Notes: a model not told the origin generated them from the letters alone. Counted from the stretch's first letter, positions 33,658 through 46,840 are shown. The stretch: DNA of 64,000 nt from Lama guanicoe (GCA_013239625.1 MU054391.1:7411095-7475094), one strand, 5' to 3'. A program made the numbers and translations.

Positions 33658-34059
33658 CTTGCAGTATCTGTCGTCATTTTTTTAAAGATCCGAATATGGA
33701 TGGATTTGTCTGTTGGCTGGAGATTTGGCAAGAACATCTTGGTTACTGGCAGCAATCAGTCAGAACTGATGGATAAGCGCTTATTGGGGATCTGTGATAT
33801 TAGTAAGATGCCTGCCTGGAAATAACTAGTCTAAATGGTATGACCGACTCCACCGTCAGGAGTTCTTTTGTCATCTCAGAAGCACAATTTCTATGATTTT
33901 AGGGAAGAGCTCAGTGTTTGAGACAAGACCAGCTGGACTTGTGAAAAGCTGAAGGAAAAGCTGGATCCCCCTTAAAGGTGGCATTTTGAATATAGGCATT
34001 TGCCCGTGTAACACTGTTCACGTGGCATTAATCACATGGAGTAACAGAATGGGAAAGGA

Positions 34060-34365
34060 ACATGGAACAGAAGACTTGGAATCTGGAAAGCTGATAGACA
34101 AGGGGTCATTGAATTGAATAGATTTGAAAAGCTTAATCCTATAGAAGAAATGGGAAAAGCAAGAGCAAAACCAGAATGCCTTTCAGAACCTCGGGAAGGT
34201 GAATTGGGGATGTCAGGTATTTCTGATTATAGGGGTAAAGATGGGTGGGTGAATTGAAAGGCTGTGTAAGAAGCAGTTAAACTCCCGGAACCCCAAACAC
34301 AGCCAGGTGACTGTCCGTCCCTCATGTGGCAGAGGTCTGCGGGATGACTTTCTGGAAGGTGTTCA
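34060..34365 (+). mobile_element. HAL1/old L1 5' region
   Basis: ctggaaagctgatagacaag..gaaaagcttaatccta..gggaaaagcaagag..tcaggtatttctg..tgtgtaagaagcagttaaactcc..cagccaggtgactg resembles the recalled HAL1 5' consensus. Confidence 0.55.
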
Positions 34366-34414
34366 TCAGAGGCAGACTTTCTCCTTGACTCCTTTCAGAA
34401 GTTCCAGTCTGAAG

Positions 34415-34820
34415 TCCCTTCTTGGCTCTTCATTGACTTCTTCTACTCTTTAAATTCTTCTGTCTACTTTGATTACTCGCGATTTCATAGTTCTCTATGC
34501 CTGCTCTCCACAGACTTTCAAGTTACCATCTCATCAACAGCCATGACTTTAGATCTCTCACAAAGCTGGTGACTCTTGAAAGTTTTCACTTCCAAACCTG
34601 GCCTTTCTGTTCCGCTTTAGACTCACGTCTGTGCCTGTCCACGTGACAGCTCCATGTGGCTGTCCGTGGGGCCCCGGGGCACAGATAAACTTTCTCCTTT
34701 CTTCCCCAGAGCCTCCTCTGAACCTGTGTGCTTCATCTCAGTTTCCTGTCTCACCTCCTACCGTTTCCTCCAAGCTGCAAGGCTGAGAACAACCCTAATT
34801 CCTTCTTCTCCCTCGTTCCT
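34415..34820 (+). mobile_element. L2 fragment
   Basis: atctcatcaacagccatgacttt..gctggtgactc..cttccaaacctggcctttct..gacagctccatgtggctgtcc. Confidence 0.7.
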
Positions 34821-36047
34821 CATGACCTGTAATTAATTCTTCCTGTTCTAGCACGTGAATGGTACCAAATACAACAAGAGAAAATGCCAGATCTGGAGAA
34901 GCGTGTGGTCTTTCCAGGGCGCAGATACGTGAACAATTACGTTGTATTGGGTGGGTTCTCTTGAAGACTTGCATCTGATCCGGAGAATGAAACCAGGGAC
35001 AGATGTGACAGGCTGATTGTGATTCAAATGGAGTTATTTTTATTTTCGACTGTATTTTCTTTGACTTGAGTTGGAGCCACAGGCCCTGTTCTTGGCCACC
35101 CTGCAGGCTCAGGACATGCACTGGAAAAGAAGATGGGTCCTTTTCACAGCGGAGAGGCTTTCAAATCAGCATAAAGAGCTCTCCAGAAAGCTGGGCTCAG
35201 GCATCTTCCTGGTGCTTTTTGCTGTATGATTTACATATCAGACTCTCAACGATATACAGCAGTTTCCGGCTCTGCAGTTAAAATCCTCACACCTTAAGGA
35301 CAGAGTCCGTTCCCAGGGGAGCGCTCGCTCCAGCAAGTAGAACTGTCCAGCACATCAGCGTGGGAGGTGGACAGAGGGTTGCAATCGTCCCCAGAGCTGT
35401 GGATTCTTACAGAGCCCACATTCAGGGAGCCATTGTCAGCTTGAATTCAAACTCGGTTCTAAGTTAGCTCTTTTGCTAACACGTTTCCTTGCCTAGAGGG
35501 ATCTGGGAAATGGAGAGAGGGGCTCTGCTGTTGCCAAGGGGAAAAAAAAAAAAAAAGGCCTTATCTGAAAATACCAGAGCATTTTCTTCTCTTTTAAATC
35601 GGGTCAAATGCACCCAATTTAATTGGTAAATTTTATAACCCAAAATGATAACTTGTCTGCAAGGAGAGCTTTCTGCTTGAAATGCAGCTGAAAGCATTAT
35701 TAGACCATAAAGTGGCTATTGTGTAGGTCAGTCTGAGGCTGGGCTCTGCTTGTACTTGGAAGCAGGAAGGAGGCACAGGCAAGAGATTGTCTCTGAAACG
35801 TGTAAATTATGGGTTGCAAAAAGAGGTGAATGTTGCCTAGCAAGTGGAACAACAACAAAAAAAAAAATTCAGGGAAAGCTAGGCGTGGAATGTTCTCAGC
35901 ACTGGAAAGTCTCAGACCTCAGGGAATCGGCTGAAATGAGCTGGGACCCAGAGTCTAAGCCGCATGGAGCATTAAAGACTCAAAGAATGTTCAAGTTGAT
36001 GGTTTTCAGAGGCTTTCTGTTTTTGTTTTTACAGCTTCCAATCTGCT

Positions 36048-39000
36048 TTTTTAAAAGCTTTATTTAAATTAACATTTCATAAAATTCGCCTACTGTAAGT
36101 GTACAATTTACTGTTCTAGAAAATTTATAGAGTGGTGTAAACTTCACCATAATCCAGTTTTAGAACATTTCCATCACCCCCTAAAGTTCCCCGAACCTGT
36201 TTGCAATCAGTTCCCACCCCCACTCCCAGCTCCAGGCACATACTAATTTGCTTTCGGTCTCTGATAAGTTAGTTGTTTCTGGATGTTTCATGTAAATGAA
36301 TAATATGTAGTCTTTTATTCTGGCTTCTTTACACTTTGCATAGTATTTTTGAGGTTCCTTGCTGAGTAGTGTTGTATTGCGTGGATTTACCCATCTCTTT
36401 ACCCATTTATTGTGTGATGGACTGTATGTGGTGTAATAAACACGTTCACATGCCAGTCTTTGTGTGGATGTTTGTTTTCATTTCTCTTGGGTAGATTCCT
36501 GATAGTAGAGTTGCTAGTTTTCATGATAAGTTGTGTTTAACATTTTAAGAAATTTCCACACTGTTTTCCAATGGGGCTGTCCCATTTTATATTGCCCTTG
36601 GCAGCATGTGGGGATTTCACTTACTCTGCATCCTTGTCAACACTTGATATTGTCTGTCTTTTTTATTGTGACCATGTCAATGGTTGTGGAATCTCTCTAA
36701 TTGCTAATGATAAATACCTCTTCACATGCTTATTAGTCATTTGTACATCTTCTTTGTTGAAATGTCTAAGTGTTCAAGTATTTTGCCCACTATTTTTTTG
36801 GTTGTTTGGTATCTTATTGAGTTATGAGTTTTTACGTAGTCTGGACACAAGTCCTCTATCACATACATGATTTGCAAATATTTTCCCAATGAGTTGCTTT
36901 TTAAAAATTTTTTTCATAGTGGCATCATTTGAAGTACAAACATTTTTAATTTTAATGGAGTCCAATTTATCATTTTTTTTCTGTTTACAGCTTGATCATT
37001 TGATACTGTGTTTAAGTACTTTTTGCCTAACCACATGTCACAAAGACTTTTTCCTACGTGTTATTGTAGAAGTTTTGTCACGTTAGCTCTTATATTTAAT
37101 TATAATCCGTTTGAAGTTAAATTTGTGTATGGTATGAGATGATAGTTTAAGGCATTTTGTTTTGTTGCATATGTTTCTCCAACTTTCCCAACACCATTTG
37201 TTAAAAAGATCATCCTTTCACCCCTGAGTTGCTTTGGCATCTTTGTTGAAAATCAGTTGACCATACATGCAAAGGTTTATTTTCAGACCCTTGATTTTAT
37301 TTCATTGATCAGTATGCTGATTCCTCCTTCAGTACCACACTGTCTTGATGACAATGAGTCTTGATAGTGAGTTTTTAAACGAGGTTGTGTTCTCCAACTT
37401 CGCTTTTTATTTTCAAAATTGTTTTGGCTCTTCTTCATACTTCCATATAAAAGTCAGTTTCTTGTCAGTTTCTATCAATAAGTCTGCTAGGATATTGCTA
37501 GAGATTGTGTTTAATTTTTAGATCAATTTAGGGAGACTGCTTTCTCTTTAATATTTACTCTTCAAATCAGTGAACATGGGCTATCTTTCCATTTATTTGC
37601 ATCTTCTTTACTTTTTCCTAGCAATATTTTGTAGTTTTCAGGGTATAAATCATGAACTGTTTTTGCTAGAATTTTTCTGCTTTATTCTTCTTGCTATCAT
37701 TGTGAATTGCACTATTTTCTCAATTTCATTTTTGAATTGTCCACTGCTAGTGTATACTGTAGTCCTACTAAACTCATTTATGAGCTCTAATAGTTCTGTG
37801 GGGGATTCCTTAGAATTTTTTACATAGAGAATTGTGTCATATATGAATAAGACACTTCTTCCTTTCTGATCTCTCTTTTTCTCCCAGATTTTCCCTCTCT
37901 CCCTCCCTTCTTCCTCCTTCCCTCCATCCTTCCCTTCCTCCTTTTTTTCTCCCTTCTTTCCTTCCTTCCTTGCCATTTTGCTCTCCTATTTTCTGCATCA
38001 GTCTAGCTAAGAGCTTGTCAGTCTTAATCTGGTCAAAAATATAACTTCATTTCCATTGGACTTCTTTTTCTGTTTCATTGATTTTGACTTTAATCTTCCC
38101 TGTGTTTGCTTCATGTTTAATTTGCTCTTCTTTGCCTTTCTTACATGGAAGCTTTGGTTATTGATGTAGATGTTTTTCTGATACAGGTGTTTAAAACCAT
38201 ATATTGACCTCTAAGTAATACTTTAGCTGCATCCTACACATTGTAATATGCCATTTTACAATTTTCATTCATTTAAAAATATTTTTCAGTTGCCTTTGTG
38301 ATTTCTTTTTGACCCGTGAGTTCTATAGTATTGTTTTGTTTAATTTCAAAACACTGGAGATTTTCCCAGTTACCTTTCTTCTGTCAGTCTCCAATTCAAT
38401 TTCATGGATGTCAGAGACTTTGTATGATTTTCATCTTTTTAAAATAGCTGAGACATGCTTTGTGTCCCAGTACATGGTCTGTCCCATGGAAGGTTTTGTG
38501 TGTGCTGTATGTGGGTTGGAGGGCACATTTGCAAGTCTTCTCTGGCTTTTCTTTTGCCCGGGCTCCTTCCCCTGTCACATCTCTTCTGCACAAGTGAACA
38601 TGCAGGGTGTGAAAGGAATGTGTAGGTGCCCTGGGCCTGCTGCCGTCTCTGCTGCGTGTGTGCATGACTTGTGGCAACCCAAGGCCCTTCCCGGCTGCCT
38701 CACCCCCCCAGGACTCCTTGTAAAATCCCTGGCTATGCGGTCAGTTTATTCCCGGCCCGGTCCATTGGTCCATCGCTTGTCCCAAAAGGGGCTCGGCCAC
38801 CTGCGCTTCCTGTGTCCTCACCACTTGCACTGGCAGCGCCTCACATCAAGTGAGGCCTCTCGGGAGTGGTAGCAGAGCTTGTATTTCATAGCCTGTGCCA
38901 ACCTGTTTGAACTATTGATAGGGTTGAGAGTGGAGATGGCAGTGGCTCTGAGCAAGAACACCATAAATTCCTGCTGACCTTTCAGAACATTCACTCGTTT

Positions 39001-39130
39001 TCTGAAGCAATGCTCGTCATGTATGTGGTATGATTTTGGTTGCTTTCTAGAGGACTGAAATGCTGTTTGAGGCAGGTTTGCTCAGCCTCATCGATGCTTT
39101 TTGGAAAGTGATTTTGTCACGATGGAAGCT
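36048..39130 (-). mobile_element. Old L1 (L1M-type), internally deleted; 3' UTR, ORF2 remnants and probable 5' region
   Basis: 3' UTR at 36048; antisense translations LFIYDTILYVKNSKESPTELLELINEFS (RT, cf. LFADDMIVY) and HKTFHGTDHVLGHKACLSYFKKMKIIQS (EN C-terminus); 38530-39130 resembles an L1M 5' end (less certain). Confidence 0.85.
37860..37972. repeat. CT-rich simple repeat inside L1
   Basis: (CCTT/CTT)-like run. Confidence 0.85.
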
Positions 39131-39604
39131 GGGCTTGTCTTTGTTTTTATTTCAGCTTTAGATGGTATCCTTTGTTACCTTCAAATCTCCCACACGAGGC
39201 GGGAGCCCTTATCCAAAACAGATAAACATAGAGCTGCTGATGTTGAAGGCAGGGTGGTCCCAGGACTTTGGTCCCTGCATCCCTCCCTTGCGATTGAAAT
39301 GGGCGTCTTCTCTTGCCGTGAGGGGGCTGCACCGTCCTGAGAGAGGATGGGACTTCTGTCTTGACTGCCTTGTCCTATTAAGGTGGGCGCCCTCGGCAGA
39401 CGCTGCCAATGGAACCTGTCACCTGGGGAGATGGTAAACAGAACACGAGAATTCTGCCCTTCTCCTTTCCCTCTCCTCTCCGCTCTGCCATCCTCCCCTC
39501 ATTGCCATGACCGCTACCGATCAGGGTGACAGTAATGTGTGTCTCAGTGCACAGTTACATAAGGGACACCTAGGATGTGTCAGATGAATAGGACAGAGTC
39601 TCCA

Positions 39605-39840
39605 GCTTATTCTGGAAAGTACCTGCTATGTGTCAGATTCTGAACTTAGTGTTTTATGAACATTTTCTCATTTAACACTTACAACAGTCTTCTAAGAGGG
39701 ACTCTCCCTCCCAGGCTGAAGATATGATAAATGAGGCTCAGGGAGGTTAAGTAACATGTCTGATCTCACACAGCTATGGGTGAAGCTGAACTCTGATTCT
39801 GAATCCAGGTGTTTCCAAAGTGGTTTAGTCCACCAGACCA
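39605..39840 (-). mobile_element. MIR SINE
   Basis: agtacctgctatgtgtcag..tctcatttaacacttacaacag..aatgaggctcagggaggttaagtaac..tcacacagct. Confidence 0.85.
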
Positions 39841-39940
39841 CATATGTCTTCTAGAATGAGAGAGCGTCCTTCAACCTGAGCGAGCGTTTAGAAACATAAC
39901 TTACATGGTGACCTAAGCAAAGGGAAAGTACCACATGCAG

Positions 39941-40021
39941 CACCCCCCCCCATCACACACACACAGTACCCACACCCCCCCACATCACACACACAGGCAC
40001 ACCCCCCGTCTCCCACTTCCC
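39941..40021. repeat. C/CA-rich low-complexity tract
   Basis: cccccccccatcacacac.. repeated imperfectly twice. Confidence 0.75.
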
Positions 40022-40430
40022 ATGCAGCCGCGCCTCCCGCCGCACTTTGGGGTCAGCATCTGACTCTGAGCTCAGGCAGACTTGTACAAAGTTCTCAAAG
40101 ACGCAGGTTCCTACCAAGGTGCACTTCAAATGTGCCCTGGGGAGTAGTACTATTTTTTTTTTTGAACAGAACAACCATTCTTCACAGTTTCTCCGCCGTG
40201 GGAAGAGCGAGCAGGTTGGTGGAGGAGTTTAGCAGATTTATTGACATGAACATAGTTTGGAGACAGAAGGCGAGCTGTCACAGCCTGACACGCGGAAGCT
40301 CGGCATCAATATTTCTATTGATGCTCCGCGCGGGCCGTATCCCCACATGCCCTGGTTCGGGGCGCCAGTCCGCACAGAGCATCCCGGAAGTTGTCTTCCG
40401 TAATAGAAAGGCAGACATTCGTACCACCAG
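40020..40430. promoter_or_regulatory. CpG-retaining candidate promoter/enhancer with ETS motifs
   Basis: About 14 CpGs in 40270-40425; CCGGAAGT at 40384-40391 plus nearby CTTCCG and CGGAAG. Confidence 0.4.
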
Positions 40431-41977
40431 CCTCTTTTCTTTGGTTTGGTCTTGTCTCAGTTGCTTGTTGGTTTGAGTAGCCCCTCCTCCAGCATGTCCT
40501 GATTTCAGGAGAAATTCACTTTCTCAAACGCCCAAAACCGGGGCTAGGGGGCTGTCAGAGGGGGGTCCTGCCTGGGCCTGTCTGCTGGATGCCATCCCCT
40601 CACTGCCTCGGCCGGCGGCCCAGGGGGCAGCAGAGACCAACCAGTCAGGCGCAGACAGGGCCTGGTCTGAGGCAACAAGGCCTCGCTGAGGGTTATAATT
40701 CAGCGGCCTGCTGTATTCCAGCCTTGAGGACTGGGGACGAGCAATTGGTCATCGTGCACAGGTTTATACAAACAAATGCCAACACGGCTCATTCAGCACC
40801 CCGTGGGGAAGGCCCTTGCAGACGCCAAGGATGAGACCCAGAGAGGCTAAGGGCCTTGCACAAAACTGAGCAACTGAGGCAAGGTGGGTCTTTCTGGAGG
40901 CACGACCCTGGCTTTTTATATACCTCAGACAGGATCTGCCAGGAAGAGTGGAGGACATGGGAGAAAGTAAGAGACGGGAAGACGCTCGCAGCTCCCAGCA
41001 ATCACCCGAGGACATGGGCAGGGTGGTAAGTGCTGTGGTAGGAGCTGATGTCAAAGGTCAGAGGGCAGAGGTGACATCCTGCTAAAGTTGCAGGTCAGAC
41101 TTCACGGAGGAAGGCGTTTGAATGTGCCTTGGAGAATGCTTGTATTTGAAGGAGGAAAGACTTGGCTGGACAGGCAGGAGGAACAGGCGAGCAGGGCTGT
41201 GGGAAGCCCGAACCCCAAGGGGAGATTTTGTACAGACTGTGTGCGAACTTTTGTGTGTTACCTTTGGGAACATATTTCAAAATGCGAGGTGGGTGGAAAA
41301 ACACAGCCAGCGGTATATTAACACATTAATAACAGTGTATTCCCCTAAGAAATGTGGGAGTGCAGCAATTTTTGGAGGAACTGAACAATGTAAACCAGCC
41401 TTGCTGATAGCTTGAGGCACTTTTGACTTTGGAAACCCCCTTGGTGTTGGTCCAGTCGCACTAGCCTGGACCCCACGCATCGTGACCCCCAGTTCGGTAC
41501 CCAGGAGACGCCTGACCTGGCCCTGCCGCCAGCACTGCCAGCCTGACCACCTCCTACGGATCCCAAAGAAAGTCAGGTCCAAGAGGAGGAAGACTGTGGG
41601 AGGCCCAGAGAGAAGGAAGTGGGCTTTAGGCCTGGACTTCAGCCTCCCTGCCCAGGTCCAGGGAAGGAGGGTGAGATTTGCAGTTGACCAGACCCAAGAT
41701 GAGAATGAGACGTTGTCTCAACCACTTCCATAGTTTTCCATAAGTTACCTTGAACTCTTGGAACAAAAGTCTCCTTACCTGGGGATGATGGGGATAGTGA
41801 TTCTGCCTTCCAGACTGGAGGAGGGGCGCCGAGCACGGTACCCCGTCAGTGGTGGGAGCTGGAAGACCTTTGTTTCCTTTGCTGTTCGCTGAACAGTTAG
41901 AATGAGGCAGTCATATAAGAACAATGAGAACTTCCCCTACCCTCACAATACTTAAGTTCTCTTAAAGTGGAACATGA

Positions 41978-42244
41978 TTTTTTTTTAGTACTTTGGCATT
42001 TATTTAATTTTTAAATTTTTTTTATTGAAGTATAGTTGATTTACAAGGTTAGTTTCAGGTGTACAGCAAAGTGATTCAGTTATCCATATCCATACATACA
42101 TATATATTTTTTCAGATTCCTTTCCAGTATAGGTTATTACAAGAAATTGAATATAGTTCCCTGTGCTATACAGTAGGTCCTTGTGGTTAATGTATTTTAT
42201 ATATAGTCATGTGTGTCTGTTAATCCCAAACTCCTAATTTATTT
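41978..42244 (-). mobile_element. 5'-truncated L1 3' end
   Basis: L1 3' UTR; degenerate TSD ggaacatgatt / ggaatgtgatt. Confidence 0.9.
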
Positions 42245-43752
42245 AGGAGGAATGTGATTATGTTTAATCAGCTGATTTGGATCCTGGATGACTTCATCAT
42301 CTCACGAACCTAATTGAAACCCATCCAGCCCTTCTTGCTCTGAATGGAGAACTGCAGGCTGCCCTGAACTCTCAGTGACCCTGGCACAGAGGCCGTTTCA
42401 TCAGCTCTGCCTGGGGAGCAGATTCAGAGACACGAGAGGCAGACAGGGGCGAGGATGTCCAAAGAGGTCCTTTCCCTCTGGGGTTGACGGTTGAGTCAAT
42501 GACGTTTTAAGTATTCAGTAATGAGTTCCTAGAACCCCATAGGCAACAGGCACCTCCTACTCCCTGTGGAGATAGCCCCCATCTTGCCCACGACCTGTTT
42601 CTTTTACAGTCTGACTGTTTCGCATTTGTCTTTGTACGATTTCCACCTCCTAGCTGCACCCCCTGGGATAACCCCGCCCCTTCCCTGGGCCTTCTGCAGC
42701 TTGGTGATGAACATTCCAGGTGTCCTCAGGTGCCCGTGAGGGCCATCAGTTTCCTAGGTTACAGAGAGACCGTGATGCATGTGTCCCCTTGGTAGCAGAG
42801 TCGCCCCCAGAGCCAAGATAGAAGCCAGGCTGAGGATGTCAAATGACCTTGCAGATGTCACTCTTCACCTCCCTGAGATGAAAACTTGGGGCAAGCTGGA
42901 AATGGTGCCAAGAGTGTGGGAAGATGCCAAGATGGCAGAAGCTCTTGAGTACCAGGGTCTTATGGCTATATGGAGGCTGGGACAAGCTTAGATGCTGCAG
43001 CTGGTGAGAATGGGGCCCGTGGGAGGCAGGGTGCAGGTGGATGGGACCGCCATCCTGTGCTCTGTAGCCCACCTCACAACTGCTTCAGAGGCCTCCCCTG
43101 GGCGGTGACAGCAGAAGGGGAAAGAGTGAATTTAAGAGGTATTCAAGATTCTAGAATTCACTGCGGCACGGGCAGCACGTAGCAATGCATCACGTGTCTC
43201 GATGCTGGGTGATAGTGGAAAAGCCTAGAACCTTCGTATTATAAGCCCCAGAAAATGCCAGGGCAATGTAATGACTTGGATTCTCCACAGAGAAAAAGCT
43301 TTTGGCTCAGAGACAAAGACCTTAAATCCCTCTCTACTTAAAAATGTGCCCTAAATTTGCATTTTGCTGTGTTTCTTTAGTCCTTTTGTGATTTCACAGG
43401 GAAATGAAAACACAAGTTCCTCAGGGGATTTTTCTAATCTGGTTGCAAAGAGCAGATGACCACATTCGCCAGCTTCTGTGTGTTTAGACCTGGTAATCAC
43501 AGCCTATAAATCCCTCCACGTCCCACTTCGGGGACTCAGGCAGAAATAACAAGTGAGGTCAGTCCCCAAAGGGAAAACAGAGCCCTTGTCATCTCAATAG
43601 AAAGAATCAAATCATTTTTTAAACATAGGGTAAGAAATGCCTTATTCTTACGCGGTGTCTGTGTTTGTAGCTGCACCACTTAATTTTTCATTCGTTCACT
43701 AACCGGGTTCTGAACGTCCCCTGGGAGCCAGATGCCAGGGAGGAATTAGGTG

Positions 43753-43955
43753 CCAGAAGCTGCTTTGCTGTGAAGCTAATGAGGCTTGTTTCAGGGCCCT
43801 GTCACTGCCCTCCTGGCCTCTTCCAAGGCCTGGGGGAGGGGCCCTAGCAATCTGTTCACAGGGTCACGTGTTTTTGTAAAATCCATGTAGGTGAAAAGGA
43901 CCCCTCTTTACATTAGAAAGGCTCCGGTGTGCATGAAATCTGAATATGCTTGGTC
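43753..43955. mobile_element. hAT-Tip100 MITE (Arthur1/MER69-like)
   Basis: gtgaagctaatgaggcttgtttcagggccc..ttccaaggcctgggggagggccctagcaatctgttcacagggtcacgtgtttttgtaaaat matches a recalled hAT MITE consensus. Confidence 0.65.
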
Positions 43956-45086
43956 CCTCCACAGGTGTAGTCTCAGTCTTGTGGGAGGGGCTTTCCTGGA
44001 AACAAATGAATTCCCAAGTATATTCCAGACCCGACGGTAGAAGCCCTGCTGGGTGCAGTGGGACGCGGAGGAGGGAGCTCCCGACCTGCTGAGAAGCCTG
44101 CCTGGAGGACTGGGGCTGGGGGTGGGCTGCTTTGCTGTTTCTCCCCCAGCGGGGTGCGTGGCGATTCAGTCCTGACGCCGGCCCTGCAGTGAGCGTCTGA
44201 CTCCGCGAGTTAAGGCCGGGACCTCCTTCAGAGGTCAGCTGTGCCGCTGGCCCCTCGGCCTCCTGCATCTGACTGAACGGCAACGTATTTAGGGGTTTCA
44301 TGAACCTCCCATGTTTGATATTACAATGTGCAGGACTCAGGGAAGTGCTGTGCACGCAACGACAGTTTTATTATAAAGGATGCACGTAGGGTGAGGTCTC
44401 AGAGGGAGAGCAGGGTCTCTGCACCTTCTCCTCATGGAAGCAGGGCACGTCCACCTCCCAGCACATCGCTGTGCCCACCACTCGGGAGGCTCCCCTATCC
44501 CGTTCTGAAGCCTCCTCACCAAGGTGTGTCTGTGTGTTTGGCAGCAGGGAGGAGCTGGGGTGCAGGTCCCTGGGTGACATCTTCTGCCCTCCTCGTAGCT
44601 ACTGGCCATGCCGGCATTCTCTGCTCGGATCTGCAGTTGATCTCATTCAGTGGGGTGGCTCAGAAAGACAGAGCTCAGGGCTCTCCTCTCCCCAAGGACG
44701 CCAAGCCTCCATGCTGATACGGCTTCGCTCAAGTTTGCTGAAGCCTTCCAGAACTCCCAAAGAGAGTGGGGGCAGTGACCCCTTGTGCGCTAAAAAACCG
44801 GGAAAGAACAGACCACGGCAACCTGACGCGTCCTTTCTTCTCTCTCCCGATCTCCTTCCCACCGTGCGCTGCGGTTGAAAAGGGTGAGCTGGTCCTTCCT
44901 GTGTCGGGCCCTCCCTCAGTCAAGGAGCAGGAAGCCTCGCGTCCCGGCTCTCTCGGGCAGAACTGCCATCCCTTCACGGCAGCAAACCCTAAGGGGTGGT
45001 TCGTGACGGGTGAACCTTTCCTCGCCCACCAGACTTCCTCCCACCCAGATGTCCTAGCGTGCTGTCTTGCCTAGAGGTAGCCTTCC

Positions 45087-45475
45087 TTTTATTTTTTTTT
45101 TCAGTTTTCAAGTTAATTTTTTTTATTTTGAAATCACTGTAGCTTCACATGCAATTGTAAGCAATAATGCAGAGAGATCCTGTGGTTTATCCTGTACCCA
45201 TTTTCCCTCAATGGTCACGTTTTAGAAAACTCTAGTATAATATTAAAACCCGTGTCTGGACTTTGAAAGAGAAATGTTTAAAATACAGAGCACTTCCTCC
45301 GCCCAAGGATCCCTCGTGTTGTGCTTTTATAACCACACCCAGTTCCCTTCCACTCCCATCCCCTCCTTGACCTCCAGCAGCCGGGGATCTGGTCTCTTTT
45401 TCTGTTAAGAAAGCTACTTTAAACATGTGTGTCCAGGTTTCAGTGTGAACCTCACTCTTTATGACTGTGGGACAA
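45087..45475 (-). mobile_element. Old L1 (L1MC-like) 3' end
   Basis: ttttattttgaaat..ttcacatgcaattgtaagcaataatgcagagagatcc..aggatccctcgtgttgtgcttttataaccacaccc. Confidence 0.8.
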
Positions 45476-45994
45476 ACAGGCATCTCACCTGTAAGAAGTT
45501 CTCATCTCCCCTATGGAAGGCGGGCATCTTGAGAAACCATGGCCCAGGTTCAGTCCTCAGAAAACGACAGGGGATGTATGAATAATTCACACCGTTGCCT
45601 TGTCACACACAAATGAAGGCTAATGACTGCACACATTCACCTCCCCGTGTTGGAGAACACGCCTTCTGGTTTTGCTCTCTCAGGCAGAATTGTATTTCCT
45701 TTACCTTACGGCAAACGCTAAGAGGTGGTCCTAGGTATGGTAAAAAATACCTTGCACGCATCCCTTTGAGAAAGAATTTTGCCTTCAGTGCTACTTTCCA
45801 AACACGTGTAAGCAGGAATGAGTCCAAAGTCCTGGGAGAGAGCAAGGCTGGTAAGTAAGAAAGGTTTATTCTTCACAGTGGGAGGTGCTCACTGCTGTGA
45901 CCGGATTGGCACCATCACACCAGGTTTTCAGGGAGAGAGAGGAACCAAAGGAATTTGGAGATTTTTCTCCTTTTAGAGTTCTGATCATCAGTGA

Positions 45995-45997
<3 letters not shown>

Positions 45998-46034
<37 letters not shown>
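45998..46034. repeat. (TG)18 microsatellite
   Basis: Direct reading. Confidence 0.95.
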
Positions 46035-46040
<6 letters not shown>

Positions 46041-46644
46041 TTTTTTTTCTTTTTCTTTTTTAGTTCAAGGGACTGATGGAGCAGGGGGAGTCTGAGCTGC
46101 TGAGTGCTTAGTAATTGCTGGGGTAAAGAATAGGCTTGGCCAGAAGATAGACCCAAATTTCCGCGGCGTTTCATCTCCATGGAAACTCCTTCCAGAGGGG
46201 AGCTGAGTCGCTTTATATGTTCCTAATAACCTTCTTTGATGACCTATATTCTCCTCTTTCTTGGAGACTTGATCCCTCCAGGGTTTCTGGGTCTCAGAGT
46301 ACATCAGGCCCAACAGAACCAGCCCTTTCCCAGCTCATTTAGACATGCTTCTCTCCTCTCTCTTTTTCAAGACAAATGCGTAATCCTGGAAATGAACTTC
46401 TCTCTCCCGTCTCCTCTCCCGCCCCCCCATCCCCGGATCACAGGATTTAAAATTCACATCTCAAAAAGACACAGCCTCAGCTTCTCGGGAAACCTCACAG
46501 GTCAGCATTTTCACAGGGACTGGCACCAAGTGCAGTCTGTTCTGAAGGTATTTATATTTTTTCCTTTTTGTCTGGGGAACAACTTGCCTGTAGGCAAGTG
46601 CCCAGATCTCTCCCACAGACAGCAGGCTGGGTTTTACTTTGTGC

Positions 46645-46840
46645 CTGTACCTGTGTAACTGCCACCAGCTGAGAGATGGCAAGCATTCCCATTACCCTGG
46701 AAATACTCCTCCACATTCTTTCCTGGTCAGTACTCACCCCCTCAAGGTTAGTGCTATTCTGACTTCTGTGTTTGGACAGGACTTCATATTTATAGAACTG
46801 AAGTTAAAACTTTATAGCAAAATGAGTGCACAGTAACAGA
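46645..46840 (-). mobile_element. Old L1 3' UTR fragments
   Basis: cctgtgtaactgccacc..agcattcccattaccctggaaa..ctattctgacttct. Confidence 0.6.

Noticed and set aside
38309..38872. 187-aa ORF
   Set aside because: Lies antisense within old L1 sequence.
45484..45500. Minus-strand AG|GTGAG recursive-like site
   Set aside because: Very short polypyrimidine tract, at an L1 boundary.
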